Positions 1 to 10,862 of a DNA stretch of 64,000 bases are shown here, piece by piece. The stretch is from Pseudomonadales bacterium (GTDB taxonomy: Bacteria > Pseudomonadota > Gammaproteobacteria > Pseudomonadales > JAHRWD01). The stretch lies in contig JAESUM010000086.1 in NCBI GenBank assembly GCA_016763075.1, positions 26 to 64,025 on the forward strand, given 5' to 3'. Each line of letters begins with the position of its first letter. Position 1 is the stretch's first letter. The notes beneath the pieces are model-generated. The model did not search any database. It worked only from the letters and a program-made list of their open reading frames with translations, and was not told the origin of the DNA. The position numbers were made by a program, and so were the translations under genes.

Positions 1-68
1 AGAAGGGATTGGTGCGCATCGCGCAGGACTAATTCGGTAATGCCGACAGGGTTAACTGCTTCACTCAT
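1..68 (-). CDS. oadA: Oxaloacetate decarboxylase alpha subunit, 5' part (runs off the window)
   Basis: Manual translation from the ATG at 68 gives MSEAVNPVGITELVLRDAHQSL, containing the LRDAHQSL motif; lies directly downstream of oadG. Confidence 0.9.
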   Translation of the reverse strand, partial: MSEAVNPVGITELVLRDAHQSL

Positions 69-130
69 GGTAAAGACCTTTAATAACAGGCGTATGTTTT
101 ACGCCTTGAAAAATTAAAGCAGTAGGTTCG

Positions 131-385
131 CTACTTGTGGCGCGAACGGAACTGCGAAATAGCAGCTGTTATGACAGCCACAAGTTCTTCATTTTGCGGA
201 TCATTCTTATTGGACTGAGCAACGGGTTGCGGTGCAGGATGAGTAAGCGCTGTATCGACAAAACCTAACTTAGACAGCACTGCTGACATGGTTTTGGTGG
301 TTAATACTAATGTTGTCAGAAAAACCGCGACCGTACCCATGCCAAACAGCATTAGAAACAGACCTTCAGCTAACAATTCAGACAT
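131..385 (-). CDS. oadG: Oxaloacetate decarboxylase gamma subunit (Na+ pump)
   Basis: GMGTVAVFL transmembrane helix, Pro-rich linker and C-terminal VAVITAAISQFR; start moved to the ATG at 385. Confidence 0.9.
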   Translation of the reverse strand: MSELLAEGLFLMLFGMGTVAVFLTTLVLTTKTMSAVLSKLGFVDTALTHPAPQPVAQSNKNDPQNEELVAVITAAISQFRSRHK

Positions 386-463
386 TAGGATACCCTTAAA
401 TTTAGTCGCACAATACTCATACACCGTTATCAGGATACACTCAGACATGATAACAAGGCGCAC

Positions 464-492
464 ACTTTAACCAACCTTTCGCCCGATTTCAA
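464..492 (-). promoter_or_regulatory. Putative sigma70 promoter of oadGA
   Basis: Minus strand TTGAAA-17 bp-TAAAGT, about 80 nt upstream of oadG. Confidence 0.45.
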
Positions 493-771
493 ACCAGCCC
501 TTTGGAAGGTTTGAAATCCATCAACACCATAATCTTTCATACACTATAAACCTTAGATACCACTAACACGCTCAATTGCCCCCTCACAGTAAAGACAAAA
601 CGAACTAAAAAGCGCTACCCCCTTCTAACTGAGCCTTATGCCATAAATCACTTTAAATCTTAAAATGTGAACTCTATATATAGCGACCACTCATTTTTTA
701 GGTATTTGAGACAATTTATGGCGTAGAATTAAATAACTTAACTTTTCTAAGCAAGAGTACATTTCTTCACG

Positions 772-2883
772 ATGAGCAGATTACAACAGGGTGTTATTTT
801 ACTAACACTTGTTCTCACTGGATTCGCAAGCAGCCTTAGCGCTAACACTAAAACCCAGACGATAGAGGTCGGTGACTATTATCAAGCCCTGTCGCCTGAA
901 GTATCGTTTAAAGAAACAACGATCGAGATTTTGGATAAGCTACGCGAACGTCATTACCGACGCGTACCCATTAATGACGATCTATCCGCCAATGTTTTTA
1001 ACAACTACTTAAGATTATTGGATCCAAGCCGTTTGCATTTTTTAGCATCGGATCTGCAACAATTCGATGCTTACCGGCTTACCCTAGACGACGACCTTAA
1101 AAAAGGTCAACTTGCCGCCGCCTTCGAAATATTCAACCTCTATCAAAAACGCCGAATCGAACGCCTTATTTACGCCATTCATTTTCTTGAAAATGACTAC
1201 GATTCTATCGACTTCAAACGCGATGAATCTTTCACAATAGATAGAGAAGAAGCGCAGTGGCCAACCAGCCCGAAAAACCTAGATGACATTTGGCGCAAAC
1301 GCGTAAAAAGCAGCATTCTCAACCAAAAATTATCAGATAGCCCGCCCAAAAACGTACGCCAAACACTGATTAAACGTTACAAAAGCCGGCTCAATCGGTT
1401 ATCGAAAACACGCAGTTTAGACGTATTCCAAAACTTTATGACGGCCTTATCGCAAAGCTATGGCCCGCATACACAGTACTTTTCGCCGCGGCTATCAGAA
1501 AATTTCGATATCAACATGAGTCTTTCGCTTGAAGGCATTGGCGCGGTGCTCACTATCGATAACGAATATACCAAGGTAGTTCGACTGGTCACTGAAGGCC
1601 CAGCCGACAAAGCGGGGCAGCTCAAACCATCGGACTATATTACTGCGGTTGGTCAAGGCAAAAGCGGCGAAATGGTCGATGTTGTCGGCTGGCGTTTGGA
1701 TGATGTCGTTGGACTCATCCGAGGCAAAAAAAACACCACGGTACGCCTAACGATTGCTCCAGGTGGCTCTGAAAGCGAGCAACCCAAAACCATCCACATC
1801 GTCCGTAATCGAGTAAAGCTAGAAGATCAGTCGGCTAAATCTGAAGTACTCGACGTGAAGCACAATGGCCAAAACCGACGGGTCGGTGTTATCAGCCTTC
1901 CAACGTTTTACCTCGACTACAACGCACGCCGCCAAGGCGACCCAAACTACAAAAGTACAACACGAGACGTACGAAACCTCATTCAAGATCTTAAAAAAGA
2001 GAACATTGAAGGGCTTGTTATCGATCTTAGAAACAACGGTGGCGGCTCGGTACAAGAGGTAAACACACTTATCGGCTTGTTTATTAAACAAGGCCCTACC
2101 GTGCAAATCCGTAACACCAACGGCCGTATCGACCTACTGGGAGATTCGGATGCAGAAGTACTGTACGACGGCCCTCTGGTTGTGATGGTCAACCGTTTAA
2201 GTGCCTCCGCATCCGAAATTTTTGCCGGTGCGATACAAGACTATAACCGTGGCCTCATTGTTGGCGGCCAAACCTTTGGTAAAGGCACGGTTCAATCACT
2301 GTTCCCCGTAGGTAAAAGCCAAATAAAGCTCACACTTGCTAAGTTTTATCGTGTGTCCGGCCATAGCACACAGCACCTTGGTGTACTGCCCGATATTTAC
2401 TTCCCTGAAAGCGTAGATATTGAACAGATCGGTGAAAGTTCCCTACCCGAAGCGTTACCTTGGGATCAAATTCGTGCAGCCAACTACAACCCACTTAGCC
2501 CGATCAAACCGCTGATCCCAAAACTGACGCTGGCGCATCAGCAACGCACCAGCCAAGACCCTGAATTTCAATATTTAGTGAGCAGCATCGAACAGCTAGA
2601 AAAACAAAGAAAGATCACCGAGCTTTCTTTAAATGCCTCCGCTCGCAAAGCTGAGATAGAAAAAAATGAGCAATGGGCTCTCGAAACGGAAAACCGCTTG
2701 CGTCGCTCGAAGGGCGAAAAACCATACCCCAGCTATACCGAGTTAAAAACCGCGAACGAGATTAAAACCGCAGAAAAATCTGACCCTGGTCACAATTCAG
2801 AGCCCGATACGCTGCTGCGCGAAGGAGCTGCTGTATTGCTAGACTATATTGAGTACTCAGCCCCAGCACTGGTAACCCACTGA
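772..2883 (+). CDS. prc: Tail-specific (carboxy-terminal processing) protease Prc, S41 family
   Basis: Signal peptide, SLEGIGA PDZ, DLRNNGGG, SASASEIF and TFGKGTVQ catalytic motifs; 703 aa. Confidence 0.95.
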   Translation: MSRLQQGVILLTLVLTGFASSLSANTKTQTIEVGDYYQALSPEVSFKETTIEILDKLRERHYRRVPINDDLSANVFNNYLRLLDPSRLHFLASDLQQFDAYRLTLDDDLKKGQLAAAFEIFNLYQKRRIERLIYAIHFLENDYDSIDFKRDESFTIDREEAQWPTSPKNLDDIWRKRVKSSILNQKLSDSPPKNVRQTLIKRYKSRLNRLSKTRSLDVFQNFMTALSQSYGPHTQYFSPRLSENFDINMSLSLEGIGAVLTIDNEYTKVVRLVTEGPADKAGQLKPSDYITAVGQGKSGEMVDVVGWRLDDVVGLIRGKKNTTVRLTIAPGGSESEQPKTIHIVRNRVKLEDQSAKSEVLDVKHNGQNRRVGVISLPTFYLDYNARRQGDPNYKSTTRDVRNLIQDLKKENIEGLVIDLRNNGGGSVQEVNTLIGLFIKQGPTVQIRNTNGRIDLLGDSDAEVLYDGPLVVMVNRLSASASEIFAGAIQDYNRGLIVGGQTFGKGTVQSLFPVGKSQIKLTLAKFYRVSGHSTQHLGVLPDIYFPESVDIEQIGESSLPEALPWDQIRAANYNPLSPIKPLIPKLTLAHQQRTSQDPEFQYLVSSIEQLEKQRKITELSLNASARKAEIEKNEQWALETENRLRRSKGEKPYPSYTELKTANEIKTAEKSDPGHNSEPDTLLREGAAVLLDYIEYSAPALVTH

Positions 2884-2900
2884 TTCGTTTGCACAGTTAG

Positions 2901-2931
2901 GCTCAATTAGTTAGCTCAATTAGTTAGCTCA
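2901..2931. repeat. Tandem 13-bp repeat (GCTCAATTAGTTA x2 plus a partial copy)
   Basis: Read directly in the prc-dsbD spacer. Confidence 0.8.
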
Positions 2932-2996
2932 GCCGTTAACCAACCGGTTGCTCGCGCCAGATTACTCATACACGTCTACCTGAGAGGACTCAGATT

Positions 2997-4985
2997 TTGC
3001 GGTCTTTATTAAAGCCAGCAGCACGCCTGCTAAATATTCACAGCGGCTATGCTCTGCTACTAGCGTTATGCGCTAGCCTCGTTATTCAAACGCCGCTGGT
3101 TTACGCTGCTGAGCAAAGCCCCGTTTCCTCTCCAGTTTCCTCTATTGTCACTCCTACTGCTCAAGGTAGTATCGATGATTTTTTCAAAAGTGCTGACCAG
3201 GGTTTTTTACCCGTTGCGGAGGCATTTGGCTCACAACTTAGATCGCAACAAACCGACCAACAGCCCAACAAAATAGTAATTGCCTGGCAAGTCACGGATG
3301 GTTATTACCTTTATCGTGATCGATTCAAATTCTCAATTGAATCCAGCAAGCAAGCTTCCATTGAAAGCGTCGAGCTACCCCAAGGTGAACTAAAAAATGA
3401 CGACTATTTCGGCGAAACCGAGGTATATCACCATTCGATCGAATCAACCTTACTGATCAGCAATAAAACCAACTCCGCTTATATTATCAAAGCAGTCTTC
3501 CAAGGCTGCGCAGACGCTGGCCTGTGTTACCCACCCACCACGCGCCGCTTCAGCATTCAACCAGTCGGCGCTTCCGCGGCTAGTAGCGTTACTGACCAAT
3601 CAATAGCTACGCCAAACGCCGCTGAATCAAGTACCACGGTAGAAACCACTAGCAGTGAAAACCAACTGCTCGAACTACTCAATCAAGCAACATTAGCCAA
3701 AATCATGTTGTTGTTTTTTATCGCTGGGATTGGTTTAACTTTTACACCCTGCGTTCTGCCCATGATCCCCATTCTATCGAGCGTAGTGATTGGTCAAAAC
3801 CAAACCCCTAGCCGCTCTCGCGCATTTTTATTGTCAGGTAGTTACGTATTAGGCATGGCGCTTGCGTTTACCCTTGCAGGTGCGCTCATGGGGTATTTTG
3901 GCGCACAGCTCAACTTGCAAGCACGGCTGCAGTCACCACTGTTGCTCAGTATTTTTGCACTGTTCTTTGTTGGCCTTTCGCTTTCAATGTTTGGATATTA
4001 CGAACTACGACTACCCTCCAGCCTACAAAACAAAGTAGATGCATTAAGTCGCAAACAAAAAGGCGGTACTTTGTTTGGCGCCTCTGCGATGGGTGTACTT
4101 TCTGCACTGGTAGTATCGCCCTGCGTATCTGCTCCGCTTGCCGCAGCGCTGGTTTATATCAGCACTACCGGCGACGCTACGCTTGGCGCACTGGCATTAA
4201 TGATGCTGAGCCTCGGCATGGGTGCTCCGCTGGTTGTGATCGCAACGCTTGGTAGCCACTTGTTACCCAAATCTGGCGGCTGGATGGACGATGTCAAAAC
4301 CTTCTTTGGCATCCTATTGCTTGGAGTAGCGATATGGCTACTTGAACGAATATTACCCGGTCAAATCACACTTATTCTGTGGGCTATATTGTTGGCTGGC
4401 ACCGCAAGCTTTTTACAGCTAACCGATGCCACAGGTTCTCGTTTTGCCATGGTACTGCGTAAAACCCTTGCGTTATTAATGACCATTTACTGCGCCACTC
4501 TTATTGTAGGGGCAAGCCTTGGTGGTCAAAACCCGTTAAACCCACTCGCACCGTTGCTCTCTGGTGGCGGCCAAACTAGCACCGCTAATCACTCTGAACT
4601 TACGTTCTACCCTGCCGACAATCCGGCTCAACTTGCTCAGTTGATCGAGCAAGCAAAAGCTCAGGGCAAACCGTTGATGATCGATTTTTATGCAGACTGG
4701 TGTATCTCCTGCAAAGTTATGGAGAACCAAGTGTTTACCCAACCTAAAGTCACTGCAGCGCTAAAACAATTTTTGCTTGTTCGCGCTGATATCACAGAGA
4801 ACAGCCTTATCCATCAGCAACTCCTCAACCGCTTCAAGCTATTTGGCCCGCCCGCACTGGTATTCTTCGATTCAACCGGAAAAGAAATGTCCAATTTCCG
4901 TACGATAGGAGAAGTTGGTGCAAAATCCCTGCTCAATCAGCTGCAAATCGCGCTAAATCATGAAAAAACATTAAAAAACGATTGA
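2997..4985 (+). CDS. dsbD: Thiol:disulfide interchange protein DsbD
   Basis: QGCADAGLCYPP (N-domain), TPCVLPM and SPCV (TM domain), WCISC thioredoxin domain. Confidence 0.95.
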   Translation: MRSLLKPAARLLNIHSGYALLLALCASLVIQTPLVYAAEQSPVSSPVSSIVTPTAQGSIDDFFKSADQGFLPVAEAFGSQLRSQQTDQQPNKIVIAWQVTDGYYLYRDRFKFSIESSKQASIESVELPQGELKNDDYFGETEVYHHSIESTLLISNKTNSAYIIKAVFQGCADAGLCYPPTTRRFSIQPVGASAASSVTDQSIATPNAAESSTTVETTSSENQLLELLNQATLAKIMLLFFIAGIGLTFTPCVLPMIPILSSVVIGQNQTPSRSRAFLLSGSYVLGMALAFTLAGALMGYFGAQLNLQARLQSPLLLSIFALFFVGLSLSMFGYYELRLPSSLQNKVDALSRKQKGGTLFGASAMGVLSALVVSPCVSAPLAAALVYISTTGDATLGALALMMLSLGMGAPLVVIATLGSHLLPKSGGWMDDVKTFFGILLLGVAIWLLERILPGQITLILWAILLAGTASFLQLTDATGSRFAMVLRKTLALLMTIYCATLIVGASLGGQNPLNPLAPLLSGGGQTSTANHSELTFYPADNPAQLAQLIEQAKAQGKPLMIDFYADWCISCKVMENQVFTQPKVTAALKQFLLVRADITENSLIHQQLLNRFKLFGPPALVFFDSTGKEMSNFRTIGEVGAKSLLNQLQIALNHEKTLKND

Positions 4986-5203
4986 AAAAAAACCCAAAAA
5001 TCATAACAATTGCCACCTCAGGACTTCTAAGGTACTTTTTGAAGAAGTTACCGTCAGATTTGCGTTTTTTAGCGGACATTCACTGATTCGTCAGTGGCTG
5101 CAAAAAATACAATAATAAAAATCATTTGAACTGTTGATCGCTAATTTTTGGTGATGTGATCACGCTGCAGTTCAAATCAGGGACAAGGGCAGTTACACGA
5201 ACA

Positions 5204-5650
5204 ATGGCTAAATTTCTAACCCTGCACGGCCCCAACCTAAACCTGCTCGGCGAGCGCGAACCGGGTATCTACGGTAGCGAAAGCCTTGCCTCCATCGATC
5301 ATACGCTCGCCGAACGTTGCAAAGCTGACGGCCATCAAATCGAAAGTTTTCAGTCCAACGCAGAATTCCAGTTAATTGAGCGAATTCACCAAAGCCGAAC
5401 CGAATCGGTCGATTTCATCATTTTTAACCCTGCCGCGTTCACGCACACAAGTGTTGCTTTACGCGATGCGTTGCTCGCCGTTGCCATTCCTTTTATCGAA
5501 GTGCACCTCTCCAATGTGCATACCCGTGAAAGCTTCCGCCACCACTCATACTTTTCAGATATTGCAGTGGGTGTTATTTGCGGCTTTGGCAAAACCAGTT
5601 ATTTACTAGGCCTTGAAGCTGCTATCGAACAACTAAAGCAACCGGCTTAG
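5204..5650 (+). CDS. aroQ: Type II 3-dehydroquinate dehydratase
   Basis: [26 protein letters not shown] and EVHLSN motifs; start set to ATG 5204. Confidence 0.95.
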   Translation: MAKFLTLHGPNLNLLGEREPGIYGSESLASIDHTLAERCKADGHQIESFQSNAEFQLIERIHQSRTESVDFIIFNPAAFTHTSVALRDALLAVAIPFIEVHLSNVHTRESFRHHSYFSDIAVGVICGFGKTSYLLGLEAAIEQLKQPA

Positions 5651-5706
5651 CGTTTAAAATTTGAAGACCCTTTAATTCATTATTTAGTTTACCGAGAGAC
5701 CGATCC

Positions 5707-6150
5707 ATGGATATTCGCAAAATAAAAAAACTGATTGAGTTAGTTGAAGAATCAGGTATTGAAGAATTAGAGATCAACGAAGGTGAAGAATCTGTACGTA
5801 TTGTACGCCGTTCATCGGTAGTCGCGCCGGTATACCAGCAGCCTGCTATGGCCGCTGCAATGGCTCCTGCTCCCGAGCAACCTGGCCCGACACCAAGCAA
5901 GCCAGAGCCTAGCTTTGAGAACGCTGTGAAGTCCCCAATGGTCGGTACGTTCTACCGCTCCCCGGCTCCGGGATCACCCATGTTTGTTGAAGTTGGCCAA
6001 AAAGTGAAGGCCGGCGATGTCATCTGCATCGTTGAAGCGATGAAAATGATGAACCAAATTGAAGCTGACCGTGCCGGTGTTGTTGAGGCAATCCTCGTTG
6101 AAGATGGCTGCCCGGTTGAGTTTGACCAACCACTCATCACCATCGCATAA
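5707..6150 (+). CDS. accB: Biotin carboxyl carrier protein of acetyl-CoA carboxylase
   Basis: [13 protein letters not shown]-terminus and EAMKM biotinylation motif. Confidence 0.97.
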   Translation: MDIRKIKKLIELVEESGIEELEINEGEESVRIVRRSSVVAPVYQQPAMAAAMAPAPEQPGPTPSKPEPSFENAVKSPMVGTFYRSPAPGSPMFVEVGQKVKAGDVICIVEAMKMMNQIEADRAGVVEAILVEDGCPVEFDQPLITIA

Positions 6151-6199
6151 GCGGCCACCCAAACAATACCCTTTTTCCCCTGGGGAGATTCAGACCACC

Positions 6200-7543
6200 A
6201 TGCTAGAAAAAGTTGTTATCGCTAACCGTGGCGAAATCGCGCTGCGGATTTTACGAGCGTGCAAAGAACTCGATATACGAACCGTCGCGATTCATTCAAA
6301 AGTAGATGAAAACCTGATGCACGTTAGGCTTGCAGATGAATCCGTTTGCATTGGACCGGACAACCCAACCGAAAGTTATCTAAACGTACCGGCCATTATT
6401 AGCGCTGCAGAAGTCACCGATTCTACCGCCATTCACCCCGGCTACGGGTTTTTGGCAGAAAATGCTGATTTTGCCGAGCGCGTTGAGCAAAGCGGCTTCA
6501 CGTTTATTGGACCATCTGCCGAAGTCATTCGCGCGATGGGCGATAAGGTTAAAGCGATCCAGCTCATGAAAGCTGCAGGCGTACCTACGGTACCCGGTTC
6601 CGATGGGCCAGTAACCGACGATCTTGAAGAAGCCAAAAGAATTGCACTGCGAATTGGCTACCCCATCATCATCAAAGCCGCATCTGGCGGCGGTGGCCGA
6701 GGCATGCGTGTGGTACAAAGTGAAGCGGCATTGCCCAACTCACTGTACGTGACGCGCTCAGAGGCGGGTGCATCCTTTGGCGATGACACCATTTACATGG
6801 AAAAATTTATCGAGCAGCCACGCCACGTTGAGGTTCAAGTACTGGCAGATGGTCAAGGCAATGCTATTCACCTTGGCGACCGCGATTGCTCGCTTCAACG
6901 TCGCCACCAAAAAGTGATTGAAGAAGCGCCTGCTCCGAACATTGAGCCCGAAGCACGCCAGCGAATTGCAGATGCCTGCGTAAAAGCCTGCATTCAAATT
7001 GGCTACAAAGGCGCGGGGACTTTTGAGTTTTTATATGAAAATGGTGAGTTCTATTTCATCGAAATGAATACTCGAATTCAGGTTGAACACCCCGTTACAG
7101 AAATGATTACCGGTGTTGACCAGGTTAAAGAGCAGCTGTTGATCGCAGGTGGCGAGCCACTTCGCTACAAACAAGAAGATATTAAAATCACTGGCCATGC
7201 GTTTGAATGCCGAATCAACGCCGAAGACCCTGTCAATTTTTTACCTAGCCCTGGTGAAGTCACGTACTTTCACGCGCCGGGTGGTAATGGCGTACGGGTT
7301 GATTCTCACTTATATAGCGGCTATCGCATTCCGCCGACCTATGATTCGCTGATTGCAAAGATCATTTGTCATGGCGATGACCGGGATTCTGCCCTAGCGC
7401 GAACCCGAATTGCATTAGACGAGCTACTGATTGAAGGTGTTAAAACCAACATTCCTTTACACAAGGAAGTAGTACGACGCGGTGATTTCAAACAAGCGGA
7501 ACTGTCTATTCAGTACTTAGAAAAGTTACTCGAACGACGCTAG
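6200..7543 (+). CDS. accC: Biotin carboxylase
   Basis: [30 protein letters not shown] and [10 protein letters not shown]; start set to ATG 6200. Confidence 0.97.
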   Translation: MLEKVVIANRGEIALRILRACKELDIRTVAIHSKVDENLMHVRLADESVCIGPDNPTESYLNVPAIISAAEVTDSTAIHPGYGFLAENADFAERVEQSGFTFIGPSAEVIRAMGDKVKAIQLMKAAGVPTVPGSDGPVTDDLEEAKRIALRIGYPIIIKAASGGGGRGMRVVQSEAALPNSLYVTRSEAGASFGDDTIYMEKFIEQPRHVEVQVLADGQGNAIHLGDRDCSLQRRHQKVIEEAPAPNIEPEARQRIADACVKACIQIGYKGAGTFEFLYENGEFYFIEMNTRIQVEHPVTEMITGVDQVKEQLLIAGGEPLRYKQEDIKITGHAFECRINAEDPVNFLPSPGEVTYFHAPGGNGVRVDSHLYSGYRIPPTYDSLIAKIICHGDDRDSALARTRIALDELLIEGVKTNIPLHKEVVRRGDFKQAELSIQYLEKLLERR

Positions 7544-7551
7544 GAAGGAAG

Positions 7552-7590
7552 AAGTTAGCAGCGTGCTTGAAGCAAGCACGCTGCTAACTT
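7552..7590. terminator. Perfect 18-bp hairpin between convergent accC and gpsA, probable terminator
   Basis: AAGTTAGCAGCGTGCTTG-aag-CAAGCACGCTGCTAACTT followed by a T-rich stretch. Confidence 0.75.
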
Positions 7591-7648
7591 TATAACTCGG
7601 TTTCTGAATTAAATTCTAATCTAAATATAGGGCTTAAGAAGTTGAGCG

Positions 7649-8668
7649 CTAAGGGTTCAACCCAAAATCTACATCCTGAGCTTTATCACCCAGCATTAAC
7701 CCTCTCGTCACTTCTTGAACATCTGCCTTTTCAAACAAAATTTGATGCAAGCCGGTAACCAGCGGCATATACACATCCAGTTCTTGTGCTTTGAGTTTAA
7801 CTAACTTCAGCGTATTAACGCCTTCTGCAGTTTGGCCAATGTCGGCAACTGCTTGCTCTAAGGTTTTACCCAATCCAACCTGATAACCCACTTGGTAGTT
7901 TCTACTCAGGCTAGACATAGAAGTTACAATCAAATCACCAACCCCAGCTAAACCAATAAACGTCATCGGGTTAGCGCCAAGGCGCACTGCAAGGCGGCTC
8001 ATCTCTGCAAGGCTACGTGTAATAAGCATGCCGTTGGTATTGTGGCCCATGCCTAATGCCGAAGAAAACCCCGTTACGATAGCGTAAATATTTTTAAGCG
8101 CGCCGGCCAGTTCAATGCCAAAAATATCTTCAGCAGAATAAATACGAAATAACTCGTTACCCAAAGTATCTTGCACCAAGTTACATAAAAATGGGTCAAC
8201 ACTGGCCACCACAGAGCCGGCTGGAAACCCCTGAGCAATCTCTTTTGCCAAGTTTGGCCCGCTCAGCGCTCCAATTTTTATGCCTGGTAGTTCTTGCGCT
8301 AATACTTGGTGCATCAGCATAAAGCTTCCGCTTTCAATACCCTTTGCCGTACTCAAAATACAAACATCAGGTTTTAGATGCGATGCAATTTTTTGTGCCA
8401 CCGAGCGTACCGAAGAGCTTGGAACAGAAAATAAAACCAGGTCGCAATCCGATACTGAATCGCACAGATCAGAGCAAATAGTTAGGTTGTCGTGTAGCTT
8501 ATATCCAGGAAGGTATTTGCTATTTTCACGGTTGGTTTGAGTTTCCGCGGCAGACTCTGGGTTACGCATCCAGAGCCTGGTTTGATGGCCATTGGCTGCC
8601 AGCATATTTGCAAGCACGGTGCCAAAACTACCGCCGCCTAATACCGTGACTATTTTTTGTTCAACCAT
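7649..8668 (-). CDS. gpsA: NAD(P)H-dependent glycerol-3-phosphate dehydrogenase
   Basis: GGGSFGT, SGPNLAKE, ALKNIYA and GVGDL...SRN motifs. Confidence 0.95.
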   Translation of the reverse strand: MVEQKIVTVLGGGSFGTVLANMLAANGHQTRLWMRNPESAAETQTNRENSKYLPGYKLHDNLTICSDLCDSVSDCDLVLFSVPSSSVRSVAQKIASHLKPDVCILSTAKGIESGSFMLMHQVLAQELPGIKIGALSGPNLAKEIAQGFPAGSVVASVDPFLCNLVQDTLGNELFRIYSAEDIFGIELAGALKNIYAIVTGFSSALGMGHNTNGMLITRSLAEMSRLAVRLGANPMTFIGLAGVGDLIVTSMSSLSRNYQVGYQVGLGKTLEQAVADIGQTAEGVNTLKLVKLKAQELDVYMPLVTGLHQILFEKADVQEVTRGLMLGDKAQDVDFGLNP

Positions 8669-8928
8669 TTATCAAGTAGCCTTTTTTCTTTGCATTGCCT
8701 AAAACCTTCACGCAAACTTTCGCGCAAACTTTGAGCATGATACTTGGTTTACAGCGCTACTGGTATCTAGCAAAAAACACATAACCCCAACTGCAGCGCT
8801 GGCAAACCTTGCTCTGTTTAGGCTCGTCGCCGCGACTGGTTGACTTTCAGTACCGGACTTAGAAGAATGTTGGCACTATTTTCTAATTCACATGACAATC
8901 TAATTCATATAACAATTAAAGATAACCA

Positions 8929-9807
8929 ATGCCTACTATCCTTACCCGACACCAGTTGGAAACTCCCGACGGTGGTATCTCATACTTACGCGGCCCGCAC
9001 CGGCCAAATGCCCCCTACTTCCATTTACTCCACGCGACAGGCTTTAATGCCCAAACATACCGGCAGCTGCTCGAACCGCTGTCGGAGCATTTGAACGTAT
9101 TCGCTAGCGATATTCGCGGCCAAGGCCATGGCACCATAACGGCAGACCCAGGCGAATTTAATTCATGGGATGTCTACCGCGAAGATTTCTACAAGATGCT
9201 GGAACACATCGGCCAACCAGTCTATTTGATGGGCCACTCGGTGGGTTCAATCATCAGTATTGCCGGCGCGGTTAAACGCCCTGATTTAGTAAAAGGCCTG
9301 ATACTAACTGAACCATTGATACCACCTGCTATTGGCAACATCCCCGAACGGCCCTATAACCCAGTGGATAACCCCCTACCGGAAGCCGCAAGAAAACGCC
9401 GTAGTTTGTTCCCCTCTCGCGAAGCTGCCATTGAAAGTTATATCGGCCGAGGGCTGTTCAAAACATGGGACCGCAGCTGGATTGAAGACTATATTGACGG
9501 AGGCACTCGGCTGCGCAGCGACGGCCAAGTCGAGCTCACATGCGCTCCCGAGTGGGAAGCCCGCTCGTTTGAAACCGCAGAGAACAACCCTTGGCCGCAG
9601 GTCAAACAGCTAAGCTGTCCAACACTTATTATGTACGGCGCTATCCATTCAACCTGCAACCCCAGCGGCGTAGACAAATACCGCGCACTGCAGCCCGATA
9701 CTCAGTCAATTGAGGTAGCGGACACCGGGCACTTTCTGCCAATGGAGCGTTCAGCATTAGTAGCACAAAACATACTCGGAATGATCGAACGCATTGAAGC
9801 TCAATAA
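8929..9807 (+). CDS. Alpha/beta fold hydrolase
   Basis: HATGF oxyanion region, GHSVG nucleophile elbow and C-terminal GHFLP catalytic His. Confidence 0.85.
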   Translation: MPTILTRHQLETPDGGISYLRGPHRPNAPYFHLLHATGFNAQTYRQLLEPLSEHLNVFASDIRGQGHGTITADPGEFNSWDVYREDFYKMLEHIGQPVYLMGHSVGSIISIAGAVKRPDLVKGLILTEPLIPPAIGNIPERPYNPVDNPLPEAARKRRSLFPSREAAIESYIGRGLFKTWDRSWIEDYIDGGTRLRSDGQVELTCAPEWEARSFETAENNPWPQVKQLSCPTLIMYGAIHSTCNPSGVDKYRALQPDTQSIEVADTGHFLPMERSALVAQNILGMIERIEAQ

Positions 9808-9830
9808 AGTGAAACTCTCAAAGGAAAACT

Positions 9831-10646
9831 ATGTCTGATCAACCTTTTTTAGGGAAGACCATCGCAATACCGGAAAGCCGAATGCTCGACATATTGGCCA
9901 ACTTGTTTGAGCAACGCGGTGCCAAAACTATCCGCTGCCCGTTGGTTGCCATCCACGACAGCCCGAATACCGAACAAATTGACCAGTGGATGGAAGCCTT
10001 CATCCAAAACCCACCAGAGCGTTTTATCATTTTCACCGGCGAAGGCATCCGGCGTTTACTAGCGCGGGCCGAAAAACTTGGGCTTACCGAACCCTTCATC
10101 GCAGCGATTGCAGAAACCAATACCCTTGCCCGCGGCCCAAAACCAACCGCGGCGCTGCGCAGCATTTCGTTAAAACCCACCTCCAACGCCGAACACCCCA
10201 GCACCGAAGGTATTATCGCCTCGTTACAAAACAGCGATCTCAACAACCAGCGTGTAACTGTGCAGCTCTACGGCGAAGAGCCCAACCTGAAACTGATGGG
10301 ATTTCTTACCGATAAAGGCGCCATCATCGATACGGTTGCGCCCTATATTTACGCCAGCGACAGCGAACAAAAACAAGTGCATACGCTAATAGATACCCTC
10401 ATAAAACAAGACGTCGACGCGATGGTCTTTACCAGCATGGCTCAGCTGAACCGCTTACTTAAAATCTCGACTAAACTCAATACTGACCAACCGCTCATTC
10501 AGGCACTTAACGCCATTAAAATTGCCGCGGTGGGCCCAGTAATTGGCAGTGCATTAGAAGCCGCCGGTATCCACGTAGACTTCATGCCTGAGAGCAAATT
10601 TTTTATGAAACCCATGGTCGCGGAGATGGCAAAGAGCTGGCTTTAA
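9831..10646 (+). CDS. hemD: Uroporphyrinogen-III synthase (HemD family)
   Basis: FTGEG, ARGPKP, QLYG, FTSMAQ and AAVGPV motifs of the HemD fold. Confidence 0.8.
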   Translation: MSDQPFLGKTIAIPESRMLDILANLFEQRGAKTIRCPLVAIHDSPNTEQIDQWMEAFIQNPPERFIIFTGEGIRRLLARAEKLGLTEPFIAAIAETNTLARGPKPTAALRSISLKPTSNAEHPSTEGIIASLQNSDLNNQRVTVQLYGEEPNLKLMGFLTDKGAIIDTVAPYIYASDSEQKQVHTLIDTLIKQDVDAMVFTSMAQLNRLLKISTKLNTDQPLIQALNAIKIAAVGPVIGSALEAAGIHVDFMPESKFFMKPMVAEMAKSWL

Positions 10647-10862
10647 GTGGCCAGCCATCAAATAGTCGATTTGGAATAACTTAGACCAAATAGTAATAAA
10701 TGAAGTTTTCCAAACAGCCATACTTATCAGCTAATATAGACCCGCCTTTTTATTTACAGCCCTTCCGCAGATCATGTTTACGTAGTATTTGCTAGGTCAA
10801 GGATCGGCGACACTTCACCCTACCGTATAACAAATATGGATTTTTTTATCAGGTAACAAACT

